Origin: Lama guanicoe
Taxonomy: Eukaryota
Length of the DNA stretch: 64,000 bases
Direction of reading: 5' to 3'
NCBI GenBank assembly: GCA_013239625.1
Contig: MU053557.1
Span: forward strand, 2,634,123-2,698,122
Shown: in pieces, positions 25,871 to 36,910 of the stretch
Numbering within the stretch: the first letter of the stretch is position 1
How the letters are laid out: the number at the start of each line of letters is the position of its first letter
Position numbers and translations under genes: made by a program
The notes under the pieces: generated by a model
Databases searched by the model: none
Told to the model about the DNA's origin: nothing
The model's input: only the letters and a program-made list of their open reading frames with translations

Positions 25871-26248
25871 TGGATAGGACTTTGGAATGAGATTGTAGAT
25901 GAAATCTGCCGAGATAGTGTTCTTACAGCTCCAGGGTTCCAAAGTTAGGCATCTAAAACAACGCCTAGAACACACTCATTACAGACTCCTAGGGGTTCAT
26001 CATCAGAAAGCTAGCCCAGGGGTCAATGTCACATTTGTAATCAACCAGGGCGATGGAAAAAAACTGTCCTCAAAGATTTTATGTGAATTCTTCAACATTA
26101 ACTCGAATACATTCATATACACCTCCAAAGGAGGTCCCAGAGCCCCTTCCAGAACTGATGGGACTCCCAAGAAATTTTCTAGTAAACTGCTACAGTATTT
26201 TGTTAAACAACTAAGGGAAACGAAAATGAATGAAAAAACCTTGCCAAA

Positions 26249-26477
26249 CCACTATATATAAAAATAGATTAAAAAACCAAATTTTTTCTGTATAGCACAG
26301 AGAACTTTATTCAATATCTTGTAATGACCTTTAATGAAAAAGAATATGAAAATGAATATATGTACGTATTTGCATGACTGGGACATTATGCTGTACACCA
26401 GAAACTGACACATTGTAACTGACTGTACTTCAATAAAAAACAGAACAAAACAAAAAGCAAATTCAGTCTTAGGAAAA
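26249..26477 (+). mobile_element. Young 5'-truncated L1 3' end inside the ERV
   Basis: TGTATAGCACAG...GCTGTACACCAGAAACTGACACATTGTAACTGACTGTACTTCAATAAAAAA. Perfect 16-bp TSD AAAAAACCTTGCCAAA at 26233-26248 and 26478-26493. Confidence 0.9.
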
Positions 26478-27770
26478 AAAAAACCTTGCCAAATTCTGGT
26501 ATATACTGGAGTTACACTCTCTAAACCCCACTTGGAGCCTCCAGATGGGATCCTGGAAAAACTGGCAGAAAGCCAGCACAGGGTGAAAATTCTTACCAGA
26601 ATCAACCTTCCTGGAGCTCTGTGTATAGTATCCAATAAAGAGAGAAAAATAAAATAGCTTTTGCACTCTCTTTGGAGACGCCTCTCAAGTCCAAGAAGTT
26701 GTTCAAACTTCCAGAAATATTTACTGCTTATACCTGCTAAAAGCTGACAAGATATTTAAAAAGATTTTTAAGTAGCTTTGTACTCAGAAACTGGCCAGAT
26801 TGGAAGCTGATATTCAGAGCCCGATAGATATTTATTTTTAGGCATCTTCCCCTAAGCTAAAATAAAACTATGTACTCAGGAGGAAGGAAAAAAATAAAAA
26901 ACCTTCTAAAGCCCCTGCAAAAGGATTTATGGGTAGATCAACCTATGATGTCATTTAAGTTGCAAGCCAATTCCTTGAGGAATTAAAAGTAACTGTCCTT
27001 ATCTTACAAATCTTTTGCAAAACCAGAAATGCTCAAGGATCTCTTATATAGGTCATTTCTTTTTCAACTTCAGGAAGGTAATTCTCATCAGAAACAAACA
27101 AAAAAACAAAAGGGGAAAGGTCTTCAAAAACTTAGATGAATGACAAATATTTTAAATGTCTTTTCCACTAATATTAGTAAAAAGCTTTACCCATCTGGGA
27201 AGGTAACTTAAACTTACTTCATCTACAAGAAACAACTTAGACACAACTTCTTTTATAAGGAATGAGTCTTGTATTATTACATCTGACTCATGGTGATAAT
27301 TTTAAAACAGAAGCTATAAGGTCTTTGTTCGCATCTGTTCAGATGTTTATGTGTGTCTATATGTATGTTATATTTTCTACCTCTAGATGGTTATTATCAA
27401 AATTAACTTGTGAAAGAGTCCTATTTAACTGGCTTGAAGAGACTTAAGCACTCTGTGAATTAAGAATCCCTAAAACTCTCAGAAATATAAAAGAAACTAA
27501 CTCAAATGCTTTTCAGGTTCATGTGATCTGAGATAACCTCTGGTGAACAAAAGCTGGTTTAGGTTTGCTGGATTAATTAAAAGAGGTCTATCTTTAGAAT
27601 TATCAGCATTAAACATAATGTAGAAGTACAGCTTTATTCTGCCTGAGTTTGTTGGTCAAATAAGTACACGTTATCTGTTACGGAATTTGTGGGCAAGAAA
27701 ACCAGCCTGGAATGATGGTTGACTTTGTCTAATATCTCAGGGAGTTTTTGTGGGTATTCTAAACATAATT

Positions 27771-27986
27771 TTCTTTAACATTTTTAAATTGAATTATAGT
27801 CATTTTACAATATTGTGTCAAATTCCAGTATAGAGCACAATTTTTTAGTTATACATATACATATATTCATTGTCACATTTTTTTCACTGTGAGCTACCAT
27901 AAGATTTTGTATATATTTTCTTGTGCTATACAGTATAATCTTGTTTATCTATTCTACATTTTGAAATCCCAGTCTGTCCCTTCCAA
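27771..27986 (-). mobile_element. Young L1 3' end (antisense) inside the ERV
   Basis: Reverse complement of an L1 3'UTR terminus. Perfect 13-bp TSD TCTAAACATAATT at 27758-27770 and 27987-27999. Confidence 0.9.
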
Positions 27987-28274
27987 TCTAAACATAATTA
28001 TTGACACTAAGTAAATTAAACAGTGGGAAACAGGATAAAAGTTCTTAGGTGAACTTTTAAAATAGTTTCTTCAGATCTTTTTGGTAACCTGAAACCTTAA
28101 AGTTTTGCTAAGTTAAATTAAATAATGAATAGTCATTAAATATCTAGATCATTTCTAAATAAAATAACATTGTAGTATTAATTACTGAACACAAGTTTAT
28201 CCTTTTTTTTTGGCCTCCTTTTAGAGAAACACTAAAGCTATTTGGGTTTCTTAGTAAGTATGTTTTGGGCCACA

Positions 28275-28477
28275 TCAAAATGTAGAATAGATAAACAAGG
28301 TTGTACTGTGTAGCGCAGGGAAATATATACAGGATCTCGTGGTGCCTCACAGTGAAAGAGAATGTGACAATGAATGTATGTATGTTCATGTATAACTGAA
28401 AAATTGTGCTCTACACTGGAATTTGACACAACATTGTAAAATGACTATAACTCAATAAAAAAAATGTAAAAAAAAAA
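28275..28477 (+). mobile_element. Young L1 3' end (sense) inside the ERV
   Basis: Same subfamily as 27771-27986 in opposite orientation. Ends CTATAACTCAATAAAAAAAATGT plus an A tail; no clear long TSD. Confidence 0.88.
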
Positions 28478-30570
28478 CTTACCAGGAGAAAACATGTTTC
28501 TAGAAATTATAAAAATGTTTATAAATGTGTTCAGCAACAGAATGCTAATATCAAAGTTAACAACTTATTACTTCTTTATTTTCACTAAAAATTAAAAATT
28601 TTATGGTGAAAAATTCTAATATAATATATATTATATATAATATTTATAATTAAAGCTTATAAAGTTGATTATTTTATTTATAACATAAAATATTTTATTT
28701 ATTTAAATATTAGATATGTACCTATATATGTATATGATATATAATTAAAGCTACTAGAAATAAAAGGGGGAACATCTCTGTATGTAAGGAAAGTAGAAAG
28801 TGTGTTTTTGGTAAAAGAGGGTGTAAGGGATGGAGATGCATTTTTAGTGAGAAAAAAGAAAGTAATTTTGTCCTAAAGAGAGACTGGTTATTTCATAATG
28901 GGAAAGAGAAAAAAACAAAGGACAAAACTGTGGATGGATTGTGGAAAAAGAATCTTGGGAAAAAAATTTTATGTGAGGTGAAGCTGGATAAGATTAAATG
29001 AATTTGTTTTAAGGGTTTTAAAAGTTAGCTTTAATGTTAATAATATACTTATGTAAAAGCCTAATTTTCTTTAATTTGCTGAAAGGACAATTTTATTATA
29101 TTATTGGGCTCATCTTAATAAGAAATTGTTCAAATTTTGAACTTTCTGTATTTGCCTGTGAAGTCTTCAGTTGTCACTAAGTGGATAAGTATTATTTCAC
29201 AGTAACTTAAGATCCTATTGGACCAAGTGTTTTAAAGTCTTTTAAAATTCTTAACAAATTCTTAACTTCCCCAAATCAAATTCTGAACAGTCTTTTTTGA
29301 CTTAGAACTAATTTTGGAATTTTTCCAGAGGGTCCCCTGAAAACTGCAAAAGATTTGCTTTTTCTCTCCTTAAAAAAAGGGAGATGTTAAACAAATTAGG
29401 TTTACTCTATACGTTAAATTATATGAGAAGTATTGTTAAATAAAAAGTAATATTAAGCCTTCCTTATGATCTATTTGTTTAGGTATGTTATAAGTGTTCC
29501 ACAAACTATGTCAAATTCCTGGAAATCTAATTATGTCTTGGTATAATGTTATCAGTCACAATTATACTTATCTATCTGAAAATATGTGTGTCAAAGAAAT
29601 CACCGAATTTCCTTGACAACTGCATTGTAATGAATACTTATCACCTATTTAACCATGGCCATTTTTAAAGTCTTTTTGTCATTTATAGAGTTACTGTTTT
29701 ATTCTGTTGCTTTTGCAAAAGTGTTCCTGCAGAAGTGCTTTGTCTTCAAGGAGATTCATGGAAAGGGCTTTGACAGATACAGGTTTCTAATAACTTTAAG
29801 ATCATAAAACTGAACTGGGCAGGAATTTCCAGAACTAATGGAAAAACTAGATTCAAATAAAACAAGTATTAATTGGGACTGAATGTGCTGAGGAGGATGA
29901 CGCTAATTTCTTATGTCTTTTTTTGCTGTTGTTGGAAACATTAAAACATTCCTTAATTTTTGTTTTTCCAGATTTAAGGAAACCTTTCCTCTTAAGCTAT
30001 CTATGTTGTGTAGCAATTTGATAAAGTATACCTTAGTAAACAAAGATGAAATATTTACTTTATCTCCTTACCTGATTCCTCCAGAATTTAAAAACTCTTG
30101 AGTATTCTGTCATGACAATGTAGCTAATTATTTGCATTAAGTTCAAACAGAATCTGTTCTCCTTGTAACAGAACACAACTGGAAGCACTGGCTGCATTAC
30201 CAAGGTGTTGACTGGTATGTCGTATGTGAGAGAGATATGCACAGACTGAGATACGGCCAAAGCTTATATGGTCAGTCACTATTCTTGCTGCTCTTGCATA
30301 AATAATCAGGGCAAGTTTAATGTAAACAAATTAGTTTTACTGTCATTATCTTTTTAAGAAAATGGGGGCAATTGTAGAGAGAAAAATTATGTCTGTACCT
30401 TAGTCAATACTAGATTCTGGTCCTATTATTGTCTTTAAGGTTTTGCTATATATACCTGTAAAATGGACTGGATCCTGATTCTTATTTTCTTAAATATCTA
30501 ACTAAGACTCTCCAAACTAACATTTCCAATTTCCTTCCACTGTTCTGATTTGGGATCACTAAGAACAAAG

Positions 30571-30701
30571 ACTGCCCTTGAACTTCCTTGGAAAGGACTA
30601 TAACTGATCCTCCTAACTACCCAGATGGCAGTTTGACTGCCAAACTTCAGGGACTTGAACTTTGGGGCCACATCTCACAGCTGAAGAAGGTGCCACCTGA
30701 C
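30571..30701 (+). pseudogene. pol: ERV pol integrase C-terminal remnant
   Basis: TALELPWKGL*LILLTT, then after a frameshift TAKLQGLELWGHISQLKKVPPD. This matches the gamma-type WKGPY-VLLTT-AVKL-G-WIH-S-LKK integrase tail. Confidence 0.82.
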
Positions 30702-30789
30702 ACTGGGTCCTATGCAAACAACGGAGATCCCTGAATCATACTGACTAGGAAGTAGCCAACATCGAGGCAGACTGCTTCCTCCCAAGATG

Positions 30790-31790
30790 ATGGCTTGAGA
30801 CTTCATACTTTAGACTCTTTTTTCTTACCTTTCTCTCCACTGCTCTGGCATTGGTCTGGAAAGATAATGCCATCATGCATATCCCCAGGCCACTGATAAG
30901 GAGGGTGATCTTTCAGATAGAGTTGTCATCAAAAAGTCTGACCTGCCCATTAACAATGCCACCTTAGTGGGAGTGGTTTGTGCCCCACAGGATTTAACAT
31001 TTGTCTGTGTTGGTTACCATTCCCCCTTGGGCTTCTGAATGCCTAAATGGCTGGCACATAACCAAGCAATGCCTCTGCAGTTACCTAACTGTGCCCCTAA
31101 GTCTTCACAAACAAACTGAGATCATTCACTGGTCAACTTCCCTGAATTTGCATCACTGAGTTAGAACCTACCAGGAAGCTTTCATGACTCAGGATTTGCT
31201 TCCTTTGGCAGGTCCCCACTTCCCTTATGTAAATGTACTTGAGGCTATGATCAGGAATCTCTCCTTAACCCTTAAAGATGCTGCAGAATCTGCTGCTAAA
31301 GCAGTAGTTGCCCAGTGAAAATCCTTACATGCTCTGCCCAAAGTTGATCCTGATAATAGGATAGCCCTTGATTATTTTTGAGCTGAGCAAGGAGGCATCT
31401 GTGTTGCACCCAACACCACCTGGTGCACCTGGGGATTAACACTTCTGGGGAAGTTGAAACTCAGTTATATAAGATCACTGAGCAAGCCAATTGGCTTGAA
31501 AAGGTGACTCCTTCAATGGAGTCTTTCTTTGACACATTTGATTTAGATTGAGTCTTGGAGACCATGGCTGTGATGTATACCCCAAACATTGGGAACGATC
31601 CTACTGATAATAGTCAGAGTCATCTCCCTGGCATGCTGTACTCTCTCAAAAACTTTAAATGCATCTTCGCAACCACTAACCACCAAGCAAATGATCTTCC
31701 CAAGACTGGAATGCCAGAAAAGGAATGAAGAGAATGACCTACTAAAAAATTGTGAGCCTGAAGTCATGACCTGTGAGTATCACAGATTCA
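30790..31790 (+). pseudogene. env: ERV env remnant (internally deleted SU, recognisable TM)
   Basis: 31241-31432 translates EAMIRNLSLTLKDAAESAAKAVVAQ*KSLHALPKVDPDNRIALDYF*AEQGGICVAPNTTWCTW (heptad repeat, ISD, CX6CC decayed to CX6WC). After a frameshift: INTSGEVETQLYKITEQANWL. The hydrophobic anchor LGTILLIIVRVISLACC starts at 31589. Confidence 0.9.
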
Positions 31791-31792
31791 GG

Positions 31793-31794
<2 letters not shown>

Positions 31795-31832
<38 letters not shown>
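31795..31832. repeat. (CA)n microsatellite between env and the 3' LTR
   Basis: Read directly from the sequence. Confidence 0.95.
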
Positions 31833-31836
<4 letters not shown>

Positions 31837-31943
31837 AGTAAATGCTGTGAGAAGAACAGAGGTGTGGCTGAGAGGGGCACTACTGCCTGAATTTTTGATC
31901 ACACCTCTTAGTTAAGCTAAGAGTCTGGTCAAAAGTGGCAATT

Positions 31944-32319
31944 TGTTTAAAAAGAAACAACAGGTCCTCAATGGAATCACTTATGCTAAGTCCACATCAC
32001 CAAACCAAGACTTAGTACTTAACCTAACTGCGCTCCCACCTCTCCCAGGAAAATAATCTTAACTGGTCAGTCTTGAATTTCCTGGTCAGCATTAGGGAGG
32101 GAATCTGCTTGATAGACCCTTTCTGTCCCCCAAAGAGAGACGAGATAATCTACTGTTTCCTCCCCCTGCCCCATTCTGCCTATAACAGCCTTCCATTTTG
32201 CACAGTGGCTTAGAGTTCTATTCTATCTGCTAGATGGGATGCTGCCCAATTCTTGAGTCATTAAATAAAACCAGTAAGATCTTTAAAATGTACTCAGTTG
32301 GGTTTTGTTTTTTTTAACA
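31944..32319 (+). repeat. 3' LTR of the provirus (376 bp)
   Basis: Starts TGTTTAAAAAGAAACAACAGG, ends ...TTTAACA and contains AATAAA. Preceded by the decayed PPT-like GAGAGTCTGGTCAAAAGTGGCAATT. Confidence 0.93.
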
Positions 32320-33997
32320 GGTTAGACCATTCCCATCCTTCCAAAGAAAGAAAGGAAAAAAAACACAAACACTTATATGTCTCTCTGTGTGTGTTTGTTT
32401 GTACTCCACCTTAGTTTAAACCATCTTCATAGTTATTAGTAAAGTATTAATAAATGATCTAATCCCACATTTCATTGCAACACAATGAAGAATTCCACGT
32501 TCCCAGAGGTAAGAAGAGCTAGTGAGGCCAATGATTAAATTCTTGGTAGAAAATGCATAGTTGTAAATAGAGGTTTCAGAGGCAGTAAGAAGATTTTATC
32601 AAAAGTGTGTCATACAGACTATTTTATAGCAAATTTATATCCTTTTAAAGTTTCAGATAGATGAGAATTTTTTCTATGTAGTAGAAAACCTAATACTAAT
32701 TTTAAAAAGGTCAGAGTTGTAAATAATAACCTCAGTGCACCTGCCAATATTCACATGTGTAAATTAGAAGACATAGTGTTTCTATGTTATCTGAATGGTT
32801 TTACATTCCTTAGCTAGAGTAAACATGGGATATCCATGTCTAGGCAGTGTGTGTGTTTCCACATAGTACTGGGATAATTTTCAGGATTTTTACCATCCTG
32901 GTAAGAAAAGCTTCATAAGGAGGTTTAACAGCATAAGAGAAATAAGGTCAATTTACTCTCTGTTCTTTATTCCTCTGAGTTTTACAGTCAGATCTGTATC
33001 CAAAGAGCTGAACATGGAGGGAACAACATAAGCTTTCCACAATGGGAAGTGACCCCAACCCTTTATGTTGACACCTGACTTCCTACTGATGACATCTGTA
33101 CTACTCTAAAATGCAAAAAATATTTATATTGTGCCCAACTTGAAAACATCGAGACCATTCATTCCTTCTTCACATCCAGTAGGCTGGCTTCTATGCTTTC
33201 ATCTGATTCTTCCAGCACTGCACACGTTATTTTTAGAACTTGGTTTTCTCATCAGATTTATAAAGAAGATAGTTAATTCAGATTTTGCATCTCAGGAAGT
33301 GCTTGGAATAAACTTGATAAAAGAAACTCATTAGTTCTCCCAAAGAGACATCAGAAGGACTTTAATTAAGTCACATAATTAAGTCACCCTGACACATACG
33401 ATTTCTTATGTTGTAACTTGCAAGTCCAGCAGAGGGTCACCTTGGGAAAGTATTTAGACCAGCTGTTTGGGATAGGTCTTTTCAGATTCTCCATTTGTCA
33501 TAACCTGGTGATTAAAGAATTAGTTTAAGATGGTGGTACCTAAACATGTTCTCTTAAAAAAAAAGATTATTATTAAGCCACTAAGAATGAGGGGAAAAAA
33601 AAGGAGTGAACCAATGGAGTCTCCTGAAAAGCCCTCATTCTACTTTCTGAATATGTGCCTCACTTAGATGCAGAAGGATGTCTTTGCTAACTCTTATCAG
33701 CTCACAAGTTGATCTAACACATATATAGTCGTCTTTGATATATTTTGCTGATGATAAAGAAATAATCGAGTTCCATCTCAAAAAAGAAAATTCATTCCAG
33801 TTCTTTTAAATAAGATGCCTGGAAAAAATACAAGAGAAAAGTTCTCTAAATTAACACGTGTTTAGAGGAACAGCCATGTTCCAGAGATATCACACCATGT
33901 AAAAGACCACCCCATGTAGGAAGAACTGTGAGAACCAGTGGCCTGGGACTTCAGGCAGCTGAAAAGAGCCAATTTAACATCAGACCAAAATTGAGTT

Positions 33998-34234
33998 GGA
34001 TAAATTGGAGGTTCGAGATTTGCAGATACTAACTGCTATATATAAAATAAACAACAAGTTTCTACTGTATAGCACAGGGAAGTATATTCAATATCTTGCA
34101 GTTATCCATAAGGAAAAAGAATATGAAAAGGAATATATGGATGTATATGTGTGACTGAAACATGCTGTACACCAGAAATAGACACAACATTGTAAACTGA
34201 CTAGACTTCAATAAAAAGGAATGCAAAGTAAAAA
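33998..34234 (+). mobile_element. Truncated L1 3' end
   Basis: GAGATTTGCAGATACTAACT...TGTATAGCACAGGGAA...CTTCAATAAAAA. Imperfect TSD CAAAATTGAGT/CAAAACTGAGT at 33986-33996 and 34235-34245. Confidence 0.85.
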
Positions 34235-35139
34235 CAAAACTGAGTCAGAAAACACAGGGTTCCTTCAAATAATACTAGTAACTATTATTCTAGCTAATGT
34301 GTTTTCTTTATCTGAATGTCTTCATTGACCCTCATAAGCACTTCATGAGGTGAGATCTGTTATTTCCAGTTTTGAAAGACAAAACTGACGCTCAGAGAGG
34401 TTAAATCCACAGTCACATAGCAACTCCCACCTGACCAAAGCTCCCATACCTCTCCTCTGCGCAGTGGGTCCCATGAAGAGCTTAGCAGAAATGGTAACAG
34501 CACAAAATATCTCAGGGAGTATTCTTGAGCTCCTCTTTGCACATGTCAAGACTTCACTAAAGGTCGAGGTTGAAGAGGAAACCACAAAACAGTCATATGT
34601 GAGATTGTGTGCAAGTGTCTCATAGTCTCAAAATTTGAACCCTCACACGCACCCCTATTACCTGTTCAAGGAATTGAAAGAGCTTGCAAGACTCTTCAAT
34701 CATCTCATCTATAACCACATTTCATTCAACTCCTATTTTGCCTGAGGCCAGTAGTCCATATCAGAAATGCCCCTGCCATCATGCTCCCAAGACCACCTCC
34801 CACTACAGCGAGGAGGGTGATGACTGCCCTGCTCTGGATTCTTAAGTGGGCTGTGAACGAACATCTTCACATCTTCCTCCTGGACAGGATGACTCTGCTG
34901 CTGAGGCCAGTAGCTGGCCAGAGCCTTTGACACGGCAGAGATGTCAACTATTCACTCCCACTGACATTTCAATTCCCTGAGGTGCTTTGGGGAAAAATAT
35001 CTTATTAGAGATTCACAGTGAACACTTCCATGTTAAAGACTCTGTAAAGTCCAGCAGTTAAAAATTGGTTCAAAATCTGTGGTAGCCAATGCCCTTAAAG
35101 ATTTTTGGGGGTGAAACAGAGCTTCTTTTCCTCTTCCTT

Positions 35140-36050
35140 AACCATCTCCACTGTCTCTCCCCAGGTCATGCCGACCTCATCTCTCAGCCAAGTTCATGGT
35201 CATGGCCTCCCAACCTGGTCTCTTCACACCACTCCCACTAACTTTCCATCCTTTCTCTCTCTCAACAGTGATCTCCTTAAAATATGAACCGTCTCCTTCC
35301 TTCACTGCTTAGAATCCTAGATTTTCCACTGCATTAAGGTAAAACCCAAACTCATTTCTAAGGACTCTAAGGCCTGACATCGTCCGATGCTGAGACCACC
35401 CCTCTGACGTGGACTTTCATCACTCTCTTCCTCAGTACCTTCCAGCCCCACTGACCCCCTCTCAGCTCCTAAGTGAGCCAAGACTTTCCTGTTTCTGGAC
35501 ATCTGCTTTTGCCTCTGCCTGAAATACTGTCTCTGAGACTTTTTCTCACCCCCCCACCCCACTTCAGGTCTCAGGATAGCTATCTTCTCTTCAGACAAAG
35601 CTTTTGTTCTTTATAAAATTTTATTTTGTCAGACAAAGATTTTGTAACCACCTAAAGAGCTATCCTTTCCAGCCCCCTCCTCAATCTGCTCCCGCCCTTC
35701 GAAGCAGTTCAAAAAGTGTGGTGTTTGGACCAACAGCATCAGCAACTCAGAACTGGTCAGAAATGCATGTTCTTGGGCCCTGCCGCAGACCTGCTGAGTC
35801 ACAAACTCGAATGGGGGGTGGAGGTGGCCATCTGTGTACTAACAAGCCCTCCAGGGGAATTCTCCTACATGCTAAAGTTTGCACTATTCAGTGACAGTGT
35901 CCTGCGTATTTCCTGTGTGTTTATCACGAATTATCATGATTTCTTCTTATTTAACCAGTTTTGTCCAACTCCCTCACTAGATCCATAAGGACTGTATGGA
36001 TAGGACTTTAGTCCAGGACCATAGCTGAGGTTAAGTGCTATTTCCTGACA
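35140..36050 (+). mobile_element. L2 remnant (interrupted by MER5A)
   Basis: GGCCTCCCAACCTGGTCTC, TAAAACCCAAACTC...AAGGCC, CCTCTGCCTGAAATACTGTC and CTCCCTCACTAGATCCATAAG. Confidence 0.7.
35705..35890. mobile_element. MER5A-like hAT MITE inserted in an L2
   Basis: AAAGTGTGGT...CAGCATCAGCA...AGAAATGCA...CAGACCTGCTGAGTCA...TAACAAGCCCTCCAGGGGAATTCT...TAAAGTTTG. Confidence 0.85.
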
Positions 36051-36339
36051 AGGAATACACCTCGAGAAATACTGCTTTAAACAGGTCCGGGTTAGCCAGT
36101 GGATAAACTTCAAGTGCCATCACCCACATGCCACCAATTTTTCTGTCTGTTCATTTATCAAAATTTATTTATGTCTATCATAGGTCAGGCACTACTTCAG
36201 ATAATACAAATACAAACATGAGCAAGTCTTTGTTCTGAAAGAATTTATAGACAAGTGGGATTAAAAAATAGATAAACACATAATTATGTCATTTTGATAA
36301 GCATTATAGTAAAGTCTAGCAAAGCTCATCAGAAGCATT

Positions 36340-36910
36340 AGAAATATGCATGCTCTTGTCTTTGAACTAGTTATTCCAGTTCTAAAAATTAATTCAAAGA
36401 AAATAATCAGGGGTGTATATACTGATTTATCTAAAGGATATTTACCACAGCCTTATTTACACTAGCCAAAAAAAAAAAAAATCAGAAGCAACCTAGATGT
36501 AAAAGCATGAAGAATACTTTTTTTCTTTTAAACCCTGTTTACACAGTTCTTAAAAAAATTGTTGTAAATAAAGAATATTTTTTAAATTATCCTACATGTA
36601 AGATAGTATACTAAAAAATTCTTAATAGCATATGAAATTGTTCACAATATATTGTTAAGGGAAAAACTATAAAATACAGTTTTATACAGTATATGTGCTA
36701 TATACATTTATATACAAATATATAAAATATATATACACACATTTGTATAGAAACACACTTAAAACATTGAACATAGGAATATACTTAAACATGTTAGAAA
36801 TGTGCACACCAAAATATTAATAGAAGTCACCGGGTGGTGTGCTAATGGGTAATTTAAGTTTTCTCCTTTTATGTTTCTTTGTTTCCAAATTTCCTACAAT
36901 GTACTATTAG
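36340..36910 (+). mobile_element. Old L1ME/L1MC 3' region
   Basis: CTTTGAACTAGTTATTCCAGTTCTAAAAATT...AAGCAACCTAGATGT...CACACCAAAATATTAATAG...TTTCCAAATTTCCTACAATG. Confidence 0.7.

Larger units (their letters stand above)
23555..32319 (+). mobile_element. Degenerate full-length class I endogenous retrovirus (ERV1, MER4-group-like, non-autonomous)
   Basis: Two homologous TG...CA LTRs flank a PBS, gag MA/CA remnants, a long AT-rich internal region, an integrase C-terminus remnant, an env remnant with ISD and CX6CC-like motif, and a decayed purine-rich PPT before the 3' LTR. Confidence 0.93.

Noticed and set aside
28610..28750. Structured AT-rich element
   Set aside because: Low-complexity TA-rich expansion inside the ERV interior with no regular unit.
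31589..31915. 108-aa ORF as a membrane protein gene or syncytin
   Set aside because: It is the env membrane anchor and tail read through a (CA)n repeat. It starts at a TTG, and the upstream env has stops and frameshifts.
33418..33440. CTCF site (CCAGCAGAGGGTCA)
   Set aside because: It deviates at the conserved GGC end of the core, and a single imperfect motif is insufficient without ChIP data.
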